Origin: Azolla caroliniana
Taxonomy: Eukaryota; Plantae; Polypodiophyta
DNA length: 64,000 nt
NCBI GenBank assembly: GCA_043228905.1
Contig: JBHGNT010000006.1
Span: 20,398,001 to 20,462,000, forward strand
Direction: 5' to 3'
Shown here: positions 25,113 to 36,899 of the stretch, in pieces
How the letters are laid out: each line of letters begins with the position of its first letter
How positions within the stretch are numbered: the first letter of the stretch is position 1
The notes under the pieces: generated by a model
Databases searched by the model: none
What the model saw: the letters and a program-made list of their open reading frames with translations, nothing else
Told to the model about the DNA's origin: nothing
Made by a program: the position numbers and the translations under genes

Positions 25113-27437
25113 GTGTCCATGCTCAAGACTTGTGCCACGAGGAGGGATCTGTCGAAAGGCACAACACTGCATGCTCATATTCTTAAAAAGGGGCTTCTTG
25201 GAAAGAGTCCTTATCTAGCTAGTACCATAATTAATATGTATGCGAAATGTGGGGTGCTTGAAAAAGCAAAGCAAGTACTTGATGGGCTTCCATTTCGGGA
25301 TGTAGTCTCTTGGAATGCACTCATTGCAGGGTACACTCAACAGGGGCAAGGGCATGAAGCATTGAGCTGTTTTGAGAGAATGCAAAGTGATGGGTTCTCT
25401 CCCAATGCAGTTACTTTCACTTGCATCTTAAAGGCATGTGGCAGCACAGGGGCTATTGACAAGGGCAAAGAGATCCATGAGGAGATAGTGAGCAAGGGTA
25501 TGCTGGAGAGGGACATTGTGCTTGGCACAGCATTGGTGGATATGTATGCAAAATGTGGTGGGCTTGAAAAGGCACAACAAGTCCTCGAAGAGCTGCCTAT
25601 GCGAAATGTAGTCTCCTGGACAGCACTGATTGCAGGATATGCTCAACAAGGGCACGATCACGCTGCACTAAACTGTTTCGAGAGGATGCAAAGTGAAGGT
25701 CTCTTGCCGAACGCAATCACGTTCATTTGTACCTTGAAGGCTTGTGGGGGCACTAAGTCTATCAGAAAAGGTGAACAAATTCACGACACAATCATGCATC
25801 AGGGCTTGTTATATACTGATATTGCACTTGCCAACGCTTTGGTGGATATGTATGCTAAATGTGCCATGCTTGCCAAAGCACAACAGGTTCTAGAAGAGCT
25901 TCCTTATCGAAACGTAGTCACATGGAATGCACTAATCACAGGATATATGGAACAAGGTTACGACCATGAAACTCTGAACTGTTTTGAGCGAATGCAGAGT
26001 GAGGGCCTTGTTCCAAATGGTTTGACCTACATTCATGTCTTGAAGGCTTGTTCTAGAACCGGTTCTATAGACAAAGGACAAAACATCCATGAAAAGATTG
26101 TGAATCTAGGCTTGCTTGAGAAAGATGTTGTACTAGGTACTGCATTGGTAGATATGTATGCCAAATGTGGTATGCTTGGAAAAGCCCAAAAGGTGCTGGA
26201 AAAGCTTTCATCCCGTGATGTAGTTGCTTGGAATGCACTAATCACAGGCTATGCAGAAGGGGGCGAACATTGCAAAGCATTGTACTGTTTTGATCAGATG
26301 CAAAGTGAGGGTCTTTCTCCAGATGATGTCACCTATGTTTGCATATTGAATGCTTGTGGTAGTACACGAGCTATAGACAAGGGCAAACAAATCCATGACA
26401 ATATTGTGAGGAATGGGTTGCTGCCAAAATGTATTATGCTTGGCAATGCTTTAGTGGATATGTATGCTAAATGTGGTCTGCTCGGAAAAGCGCGAGAAGT
26501 TCTTGCCAGATTGCCTCATCGAAACATAGTCTCATGGTCAGCATTAATTGCAGGGTATGCTCAACAAGGGCAAGGCCATGAAGCACTAGACTGTTTTGAA
26601 AAGATGCAACGAGAGGGCATCTCTCCAAATACTGTCACCCTTATTTGCATCTTGAAAGCATGCGGCAGTACAGGGGCCATAGACAAAGGCAAAGAAATTC
26701 ACAAAGATGCCACCCATCGAGGCTTATTAAATGATATTGGCTTGGGAAATGCTTTGATTGACATGTACACAAAATGTGATATGCTTTCCAAAGCACAAGA
26801 AGTACATGAAGAGCTTCCTTTTCGAAACATAATCTCATGGAATACATTAGTTGCAGGGTATGCCCAACATGGGCAATTCCACCAAGCAGTCAGTTGTTTT
26901 GAGCAAATGCAATGTGAGGGTCTCTTGCCAAATAGGGTCACTTTCCTATGCCTTTTAAGTGCATGCAGTCATTCGGGGATGCTGGATGATGCACAAATGA
27001 TTTTTGGGAGTATGATTGAAAAATCTGGTATTACTCCAGATGTTGAGCATCATACTTGCATGGTTGTGGCTTTTGGGTGTGCGGGCTGCTTCGACGATGC
27101 AATAGCCATGATTAAGGTAGTGCCATCATCTGATTATACAATCTGGCTTGCACTATTGGGTGCATGTAAAAAATGGAGCAATGTAAAGCTTGGGAGATTG
27201 GTTTTCGATCAGATAGTGCAACTGGAGTGTAGTTCAGCTGCAGCATATATCCTTATGGCGAATATTTTTTCAGCCGCTGGAATGCAACGAGATCTAGAGA
27301 AGATTGAAGCCATGAGACTCAAATATGCCCCAGGCATGCCACATATGTCTAAGAGAGAGTTTATGATTAGAGATACAAACTGCCTCCATTTTTCTGAGGA
27401 TGATTGTGGTGCAACTAATTTGGAATGTCCCACTTAA
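25113..27437 (+). CDS. PLS-class PPR protein with E1/E2, degenerate PG tail and no DYW; tandem paralogue of 22009-24372
   Basis: The 774-aa ORF has the same architecture and a shared N-terminus (LHAHILKKGLL.KSPYLAS). The frame is open back to 24924 and the first ATG is at 25119, so the start is uncertain. Confidence 0.95.
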   Translation: MSMLKTCATRRDLSKGTTLHAHILKKGLLGKSPYLASTIINMYAKCGVLEKAKQVLDGLPFRDVVSWNALIAGYTQQGQGHEALSCFERMQSDGFSPNAVTFTCILKACGSTGAIDKGKEIHEEIVSKGMLERDIVLGTALVDMYAKCGGLEKAQQVLEELPMRNVVSWTALIAGYAQQGHDHAALNCFERMQSEGLLPNAITFICTLKACGGTKSIRKGEQIHDTIMHQGLLYTDIALANALVDMYAKCAMLAKAQQVLEELPYRNVVTWNALITGYMEQGYDHETLNCFERMQSEGLVPNGLTYIHVLKACSRTGSIDKGQNIHEKIVNLGLLEKDVVLGTALVDMYAKCGMLGKAQKVLEKLSSRDVVAWNALITGYAEGGEHCKALYCFDQMQSEGLSPDDVTYVCILNACGSTRAIDKGKQIHDNIVRNGLLPKCIMLGNALVDMYAKCGLLGKAREVLARLPHRNIVSWSALIAGYAQQGQGHEALDCFEKMQREGISPNTVTLICILKACGSTGAIDKGKEIHKDATHRGLLNDIGLGNALIDMYTKCDMLSKAQEVHEELPFRNIISWNTLVAGYAQHGQFHQAVSCFEQMQCEGLLPNRVTFLCLLSACSHSGMLDDAQMIFGSMIEKSGITPDVEHHTCMVVAFGCAGCFDDAIAMIKVVPSSDYTIWLALLGACKKWSNVKLGRLVFDQIVQLECSSAAAYILMANIFSAAGMQRDLEKIEAMRLKYAPGMPHMSKREFMIRDTNCLHFSEDDCGATNLECPT

Positions 27438-30424
27438 TCATGCCATAAATTATTATGGGTATCGGTTGATAATAAAAAAATATGCAAGTAGATTCATGGT
27501 ATTGCGAACTAGCCCTAGGATTTTGAAATGACTTAAAACACATTTGATTTTTATGTTTTGGTTCCATTACGAACTGCAATTGGATAAAGGGATTTGTGAC
27601 GTTGATTGCAGGATGCAATAATGTTTGGGTATTAGGGGAATAATCCCTTGCGAAAACATCTAGACTAATTGCTAGGTAGCCAGCCAAATCACATTTTGTT
27701 GCAGGAGTCATTGCTCAACCCAATTCATAGATATTTGCCACAAAGGTTTATTTGAAGATAAAGTTGATATTTCATCACCAAAAAAAGTGATTGTTGTAGT
27801 TAACCGAGGCACTCCTTTTCCTTCAATTATTAAATTGTTCTATCGAATATTCATGAAAGTAGATGTTACATTATCTTTATATGCAATATGAGATACAATG
27901 GCATCTCAATGTAACATAAACCATCCACAAATTCCACTCATATTAATGGATATTCTTTGCAAAGTTTTCAAAGTGATTGTGGACCTTGGAATTCGCAATC
28001 ATTTAGTTAGAACCTCACGCCAAACATGCTTCACATTTATCCATACCATGTGTTATTATTTAGTGGACCACATACATGGTTCATAACTTTTAACACCCAC
28101 CAAACTATAACAAGAAAGGATCCAATGGATGCATTAGCTCTAGTTTATTATGATTTATAAACTACTACACGCTAAACAAAACCCCCCACTTTAATGCAAC
28201 AAACTAAATTCACAAAGTTGATGCAATTGATAGGATGAATACCTTTATGAATTGTTCACCTTGCAAAGATGCACACAAGAAGAGAAGAGTGGTACACCCA
28301 TATTTCAATAAAGTGATTGTGTTCTAGATGCTGAAGAATACATATAAATTAAGCACATCAACACGAGAGAGACATCAAATGATGGCACCAACTATATCAA
28401 CATCACTAACAATCCAAAGAATCTACAATCAATCACACTTACTGAAGGAGATGGCCTTTTTCCATTGAAGGAGATGGCCTTGTTCCATCAAAGCGTGATT
28501 CTGACATTCCTAAACTTGTTGAGGGCAAGATATGCATAGTCAACTAGTCTCATCACCTATTCCTCAAAGTCCCATCTCAAAACCCAAGCCTTGTGAAGAC
28601 TCTATAGCCATGATGCATTAATTATGAATATATATTGAATCTGCAAAGAATGGATATTGTAGCTAGGAAGCAAAAGGGTTTTGATAGCAAACAACAAGAT
28701 ATGCTCTTAACATACATCAATGTGTTTTGTGACAAATATGGTGGGCGCAACATGCAATATAATGGGTTAAGCCTGTCCCCATATTTTTCCAATCTCATAA
28801 ACATGTGTTGCAAAAGGCCTCCTTTACAACAGAATTTGTCAATGCATCATGAAGCAATTGTGTTGCATCCTATCTTTCAAACCATCTTTTCATATCTGCA
28901 TCCAACTAGGACACAAAATTTTGCTTTCGAGTGTCCCTTGGATATTTTCACTTGCTTCCCATGTTCTATGCAATTGATGTGAGGGAATTTTTTGAGCCTT
29001 AATAAACAACCCTTTTCATGATTGTGATCTCAACAATATAAACCCTTACCTCTCAAGAAACATCAATAAAGTGATTGAAATTTTTTGAAATTCCATTACC
29101 CGTATGGACACATATAACCTTTTCGTAGATTCACTTATTTCATAATCCAAGATATTTGCAATATCATCTCACAATAGCAAGGCTAGAAATCATCCCCTTA
29201 CTTTAGTTCCTCTCAGGCTCAAGCTCATGCATTATAGTTATAGATCTTCAATGTAGCAATATATTGGCCTTGAATAAGTCCCTTCAAGCTTCTCACATTA
29301 CAGCATTTTTTGTTGGCTTTTGCTCCAAAGGGCAACCTCTCAAGATTCAGAATGCCTATCCTATCAGAAACACTTCTACGTTGCAAAAATGTGGAGATTC
29401 AAAGCTATCTTTTGAGACATATTAGCCAATTCTATTTGAAACACTTCCATGTTGCAAAAATCTGAAGATTCAGAGCTATCTTTTAAGACCTCATAATGCC
29501 TATTTTATCTTAAACATATTTCATCTAGGGTCAACACATAGTTGCATGTGTTATACTGGATCATGCACATGGGGTTGAAGACGAAAGTGATGGATCGATC
29601 ATTCAAAGATAGAGACATTAATTATTCAATACACTTATAAGGTACAACACCTATTACATCTATAAACATTGTACAATACATTGGTACAGACATGTATGAA
29701 CTACACCAAACAAAAAATTAGAACAAATACCCACAAAGCAAATTTTTAAGCCATTTGGATCGTCCCGGATGGAATGATAAACAACGCTCTATATGTAAAC
29801 TCTCTAATTTGAGATAACAAACTCTCTATGGATGGGTTCAACAAGAGAGAAAAGATACAAACATCTTACATTCTTGAGAGGTGGTCACATGGTGCAAGGC
29901 TTCCCGTCCCTGGGAGGTTGATTAGTGTACATAACAAACAACTAAAAATAAACATGTATATATTTCAATCATATATTGACAATTCATAATTTTTTATCAT
30001 ACATAATCAAAGCACCGTCTCCAAAACGCCTTTAAAATGTCCCAGTTCTTCCATTTCTGAGACACAATTCTAGTTGTAACAAGATGGGGAATTCCCTCAT
30101 TTAAAAGCTACAAGCCAAGCCTTGAGGAAGCTTAGGCTTGGACACAAATAAATCAAGTGCTCTCTTGGCCTTATTTTAATTGAATAAAAGAACCATATCA
30201 CACGACCTATACGTTCTCCCTGGACATGAATAATGTCGAGCCCAATGGAGTTATGTTACAGTTACGACTCTTCCAGGAAAACATTGATACTTACAAAAAT
30301 CTAGAGGGCCAACATCTCAAGCTAGCCCAACATATGTTTGATGAGTGAGGAATTCATCTTGTGAATTAGTGGTTGCAAATTTGAAAAGATAGCCACAAGG
30401 TAGAAATTTCATCCTTGTGCTACC

Positions 30425-33400
30425 TCATTTGAGCATGGTAAAACCCTCGCTAGAAGGCATTTTCTTAACTTCAAGTTGCATGAGATGAGCCCTTAGGCTC
30501 TGCTCTTCGGTCTGTAAAATCAACAAGGTATATATGGTTTTACTAGTAACCTCTAAAGGTACATAGAAATGAAATGTGAAATTATTACATACACAAAATG
30601 ACCCATTAGACAAAGATTACAATACAGATACAGAGAGAGAGAGAGACCTCTAATAAAGCCGTCAAAGCTAGAAGATCACTACATTCTTTCAGGGCAGCCT
30701 TCTCCATCATTATAGTCTTCGCAAGTTCAGATAGTAAAGATTCAGTAGTTTCTGCCTGTAAACAATGCATGAAACATGACAATGCAACTGAAAAAAAAAC
30801 ACTAGATTGAACATAAACACTCTTCAAGAAAGTCTTACCTTGACCAACACTTTACTTATAGATGATTGCACCTCCTCCATAATGTCCATGGCTGAAGACA
30901 GAACTTCCTTTGTAGCCATGATGTCTACCTGCTGAAAGTAAACAGCCTTATCCAATAAGAATTCGATTACATTCCTGCATGGTTAGGGATGGCAAAGGTA
31001 AGGGGAAATGACCTTTGCTCCAATAACTGGAACTCTCACTATAGTAGCTTCTAGAGCTTCCATAACACCAGTTACAGCTGATGAGTGTTCAGATTGCAGA
31101 GACTCCCATTCTTCCAAATGTGCAGCCTGCCAAAAGGAATATTAGATAATATTCCAAAACAAGCACTGCCAAGATAATCATATACGTACATGTACAGCTT
31201 AACATGAATGGCCTGACTAAGGGACTGAACCTCAAATAAGTAACCGTACATTTATCTGGATGAATGTTGAGGATCAGGCCTGTACTAAGAATCTATTACT
31301 TCATTAGCTACACCCATAAAGGTGCAAGAACAATGACTCTTTAACATCCCTCCAAATAAGAGTACATTCAGAAGTTACAGGTTCAAACTTTTACACAGGC
31401 TTTCACACTAGGATGGATTTAATCCATTGGTATTGTCTTGAGTCAGATCATTTGAGATCCCAAAGCGAGTACTAAGCCACATGACAGTAAACACAGGGAC
31501 AAGTAGCAAGATCCCACCAAAGAAAGAAATCCTTACATTTGCCTCAAGCACTGAATCCACCTTCACTTCATGCCTAATTTTGTTTAGTTCGATCTGTTTG
31601 GTTGCTATCGACATCCGCAAGTCACATGTTCTTGAAAAGCATTGATACAGTTGCCTCTGCATAGATTTATCACATGATTAGTCTCTTAACTTTTCAAGGG
31701 AATGGTTAACCTGTGTGAGTGTGATTTATACCTCCGCTTCTGCAGCTTGTGCCTTCATAGCTGTGTGAGCTCGAGCATTCACGAACTGCCATTGCAACCA
31801 ACGGTTATGAAGCAACCTTAGCTCATGAGCCTCTTCAAGCTGGCTTATACATTTCTTGTTTCTTTGTGAATCCACACCAAAATTCAATAAGCTTGATGAA
31901 GGCACTCGCCTAGTAGCATTACAAGAAACCAGCATCGAATGTCCAGATCTATTTTTTGTGGGACTGGCAAGCCGTCTTGAAGGAGAGTAGACTCTCACTG
32001 TTTTTACATAAGATGGAGAAAGTGGAGATGGAGATGTACAATGGGAAGATCGTATCGGGGTGGTTGATCGAGAAGATTTAGAGGCTTTTAACTGTTTGAT
32101 TCTTGTTGGATCTTGCCAAAACCGAGCAGGAACCACAGTTCCTCTGACTCTAATAGTGACATTTGCGCCAGAAGACGAAACTGACTGGCTTCCTGAGGAT
32201 GTACTTTCTGTGTCCGATCCATTATCCACAACCACGGAATTTGACTGGGGGAGGAAATGATCGGTTTCCGTTTCATCTTTCATCTCACATAGACGAGAAG
32301 TTAGCTCATCAGCATTATCCAATTGAGCTGGTATTTCTTCTTTGATATCCCCATTAACACACAATATATCATTCAGGTTCCTACTGTCATTGTCAGGACT
32401 ATTGGTTGTCATGGTTTTGTGCACTTTGGAAGCATATTTTGTTGGCAAAAACGAAGCTGAAGAGCTTAATGTGGCATCTTTCTCCATGAAAGAGTCCACA
32501 TTACCCTTGGTGATTAGTATTTTCACATCCCCTGTATCAGGCTTTATAGAGGAATCAGGTTTAGAAGCTAGATACTCTATTACAGGCTTTGCATTTTCAC
32601 GTTGATCAGATGCATTCACCTTGCGCCGCAGTGGGGTCCTTCTTCTTTGTGGTGAAAACCTGGTTTGAGTTGGCCCTTTTAGCACCATTTCCACCACCTT
32701 GCCATTGTCAGAGCCATGCAGGGTGCCAACGTCATGGTCTGATACCTCAACCAGTTACACATTCTCAGTGATGAATGAAACATCGTACTAAATAACTTAT
32801 AAATACAAATGTATCCTCTATTCTCAATGATGAATATTGAGAAGGTGCAACTAAAAATATTAACGCATATATTCACAATGGTGATTGAAGAATTTCTATT
32901 AATAATCTGAACACATCTGTTCTCAGGGAAGAATGAAAATATCCAATAAAAGAAGTTCTAAATTCAAATTTGGTTATGCTCAATGGTCAATGAAATGAAC
33001 CAATCCTACCAAAAAGTTTAACACCTATGCAGAAATAACTTTAATACATCTTATATGATCAATAGAGAATGCAGAGGTCATACTAAAGAAGAGCTGAACA
33101 GATCTTATATGACTAATGGTGAATGCAATGATCGTACTAAGCATGTAGTTTGAATCCACATTTTTAATGCATCTTATATGATCAATAGAGAATGCAAAGT
33201 TCATACTACGAAGAGCTGAACAGATCTTATATGACTAATGGTAAATGCAACGATTGCACTAAGCATATAAATTGAATCCACTTTTTTAATGCATCTTATA
33301 TCATCAATAGAGAATGCAAAGGCCATACTAAGAAGAGCTGAACAGATCTTATATGACTAATGGTGAATGCAACGATCGTACTAAGCATGTCTTTTGAATC

Positions 33401-34074
33401 CACATTTATAATGCAAGTATTAAGAATATTGTACCTGTAATGTAGCTTTGCAGTTCATTTGATGATCCATTAGAGGAGTCGGATTGCATCGAAGAGGAGA
33501 GGCTAGAGAGAGTGGATGGCCATAAGGCAGGCTCCCGCGCACCGATCCCTTTCTTCACAAAGGAAGACCTAACTAAATTTTCATGGGCAGCGGGCATCAA
33601 TTTGTTTTCACACGCAGAGCCTGAGCCTGAGCCGGGCCAAACTGATCTCCTTGTCCTCTCAGCTGATGCAGGCCTCGTATGTGTCGACAAATTAGGCTCT
33701 GTTTCTTCATTAATCGCATTTCTAGATTTATCATTCAGTCCCATATGAATTGGTGAGGGGCTTCTGCCTCCGACTCTGTTGGGAGAAATGTATCGATGGG
33801 CAGCAGTAATGGCTGCTGCATTGGCTGAAGAAATTGTGGCTGATTTGTATCGAGATGCAACCTCTCTGGTCCTCGTCCTCTTAGACAGGGTCATCATCGG
33901 CAACACTGTGGATGCAGACATGATGCCCTTCTCCTCAATCTCTTCTCCGATATAGCGTGAATTCTCTCTTTCTTCGCTACTGCTATGATGATTATTGATA
34001 ACATTAACGGTTTCATTCAGATTCATCGTCTGCAAAACCTCTTGGACTTCGTCGCTTCTCTTCATAGCCACCAT
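30425..34074 (-). CDS. QWRF-motif / AUGMIN8 (HAUS8)-family microtubule-associated protein (721 aa, 7 exons)
   Basis: Exons 34074-33435, 32738-31732, 31656-31537, 31126-31013, 30928-30839, 30755-30648 and 30511-30425 join in frame (2166 nt). Motifs: TREVASRY, VPARFWQ, HELRLLHNRWLQWQFVNARA, LEEWESL..EHSSA, EEQSLRAHLMQ. Confidence 0.92.
33041..33412. repeat. Intronic tandem repeat, ~122 bp x3, each unit made of two related subunits
   Basis: ATCTTATATGATCAATAGAGAATGCA alternates with ATCTTATATGACTAATGGTGAATGCA. Confidence 0.9.
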
Positions 34075-34166
34075 TTCTTCAAGTCTCTTTTCCTCGCAAT
34101 AATAAAATCAATCCTTTCTGTGTGATTTATTTGCAGAAGGATATGAAAAAAACAAACCTAGGCGTA

Positions 34167-34262
34167 TTATAGCTCTCTGTATTCAGCACAATCAAATTTA
34201 TAGCTCCCTGTATTCAGCACAATCAAATTTATAACTCTTCTGTATTCAGCACAATCAATCAA
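34167..34262. repeat. ~31 bp x3 tandem repeat upstream of the QWRF ATG
   Basis: TATAGCTC.CTGTATTCAGCACAATCAAATT is repeated three times. Confidence 0.85.
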
Positions 34263-35165
34263 ATATGCATTGAATCATATGATATAACGCAAAGAGCAAG
34301 TCATATATGTATTTGCCATCCACGACGTGGGCTTAAGCGAAAGCTATATATGTTTTCGTTATTCTAATGAAGAGAAGCTTTGCAGGGAAGGGTAGCAGCT
34401 ATGGAGAAATACCCATTATATTGTCAGAACCCAAAACATGGTGCATAGATTTGACTGAAACAAAAGATAAACCTTAAACTCTGGTTTCTGCGGGATAAGA
34501 GCGTGTGACTTAAAAACCTGATGAGAGAAGGAAACCCTAGAGTTTCTTGGGCTATGGCGATTGAGCTATCTATCTGTGAGCAGGCAGAGGAGAAGAAGAA
34601 GAAGAAGAAGAAGCGGTAGCAGAAGATTGAAACAAATTTATATAAAAGAATTAAAATTAGGCAAAATGTTTAAAAAAAAAACAAAAAAACTTATTCGTTA
34701 CATAAATGCCCACCAAAACTTTATTTTTGGATTTAAATGATTTGAAAAAGAAAAATGATGAGTGGCCGGCATTACTCATTTACAAACTGCCTGCAGGCAG
34801 GCAGGCAGGCAGGCAGCACCTCCTCCTCCTCCTTCAAAGAGAAGAGCCATAGCCATAACCATAGCCATAGCCATAGCCATAGATAGCCAGAGCCAGAGCC
34901 ATTCTTTCTTCACATGAAACCTTTCTTTGTTGGATCCATGCTCTTCAGTTTAAAAGGCTCACACATCAAACAAACACATGGTTTTGCTCCATTGGAGCAA
35001 GATGTGCACACACTACTTTGCTCGTACTTTGACGGGACCGAGAGATATCACGCCCATCCGCTCTCTTACGAGGCCATCCATGGATCGCAAGGACAATGTA
35101 TGTATGTATGTATGTATCTGGTATTGTATTGTGTGTATGTATGTATGTATTTGGTATTGTATTGT

Positions 35166-35224
<59 letters not shown>

Positions 35225-35986
35225 ATATCTTGTATGTATGTGTGCATGTACATATGTTTGTTTGTGCATGTATGTATGTGTGTGTGTGGGTGTGTATGTA
35301 CACAATAACATAAGTCCCGAGGCTTGAACATCCCGAGATTCACCCCGTCCTCCCAAAGTTTCACGAGGCTTGGAACCAACGGACTTTGTGAGTCTTTGTT
35401 CTGGAATCTGGAAAACGTTTTACACTGAGGAGTTGCGCACTGTGCCATTCGTAGCATCGGTCTAGTAATACATGCAATTACTGCGAATTCTATTACGACA
35501 CCAAGATTTTGAAGCCTCGAAGCACCCATCCTCATTGGGGCCTTGCATTTGACCTCAACCACAAAAACCTCTAGCCTATTCCGGACGCTGGGCCTATGGT
35601 ACAAATTCCAAATACTCTCCCATCATCTTATCTGTACAATCTTGAGATAAAAGTTGTCAAACTTCTATTTTCTTTGCTTTCACAACGAGATTCTCCCTCC
35701 ACCATCTGACCCTACATCAAGATTGGCAACCTAATAGTTAGTGACCAATAACACCTTCAAATTTCTCTCTCTCCGAACACTAGCAAAAGTCGCATATATC
35801 TTACCTCTCCCACTCACTCGCATGCACAATGCAAAACCTCATTTGCTCATCACCTCACCCAAACCCTAAACATTGTCCACTTCCCAATGGACCCACCCTA
35901 TCTTATACCATGCTCCTAGCCCCTTCTAGACAACCTCTAATCTTGATTTGCCCATAGATTCCTACCCAATGGCTCCACCTAACGTG

Positions 35987-36238
35987 TGGGGAAGGGGTTT
36001 GTTAAGCTTAGGTTCAACAAGCATCCATTTGAGGCTTAAATAGGAAAGAGTGTACGAAAGGAGATGAAGAAAGGGTACATATGTCAAAGCCGTAGTTGAG
36101 AACAAGATAGAACGAAAGAGAAGAGAAATACGAGGGGAAAGCAATTATATTCACAAGAAGAATAAGATAACAATAATATACCGAAGATTGAAACGGTTGC
36201 AGAAGAATGAAACAATTTGTATAAAGCACATGCTTACA
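35987..36238 (+). mobile_element. Possible PPT plus short LTR remnant
   Basis: GGGGAAGGGG precedes TGTTAAGC at 36000. A TTAAATAGG box and a candidate end GCTTACA (~36238) follow. Confidence 0.35.
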
Positions 36239-36899
36239 TATCATAGTTGGAACCATGCATACTCGACACCTCTCATTCATGATGATTGCCTTGGCATTCA
36301 TGCAAGCGCACCATTTGGTGATCATACATACATTAGCATGGGTAAGGTGGTGACATCTCATAATATTGCCAAGAAAAGTTATTATAAAGTGTATGTAAAA
36401 TGATCATAGCTTTTTGGTTAAAGCTTGAATATATACATATAATCAAGGTTGTGGATTGGAGTCCATAATGTGATTTTAGTAATATATATATAATTTATTT
36501 ATTTATAGTATTTTGTATACATGTTGATGACAACAAAACCCCATAAAGTAAAAGGATATAATTGTGGTTTAAACAAATAAGTGTAAAAGATGTATAAAAG
36601 GAAATCTAAGCTTTTTACATTTTTTACTTTTGATGAATGGGCAAATATCCCATTTTTTTGTAATGGGCCAATTTTGGCCTTAGAAGACGTTGATGTATCT
36701 TTCTTCTTTCTTGTATTATTTTTCTTCTTCAATATTCTCTTGAGCACTCACTCACATAAAAAGCTTAATTATTCTAAATCCAACTATCCCTTATAAAGCT
36801 CAACCATTCAAGGAATTAAGAGTTGATTGTCGGCAACTTATGTTTATTGAGTTCATTGTACTCTAGTTATCCTTACTCGAGTGTTCTTCTCAAGAACCA

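Noticed and set aside
22293-27433. Minus-strand ORFs within the PPR genes
   Set aside because: Periodic antisense shadows of the repeated PPR motifs.
27700-29500. Short ORFs such as 28635-28982; similar stretches at 10040-10560 and 16550-17800
   Set aside because: No splice-consistent model or recognisable motif. Probably old TE debris.
34914-35604. Several ORFs of 70-212 aa
   Set aside because: They stay open because of (TG)n and (TATG)n microsatellites and translate to low-complexity peptides.
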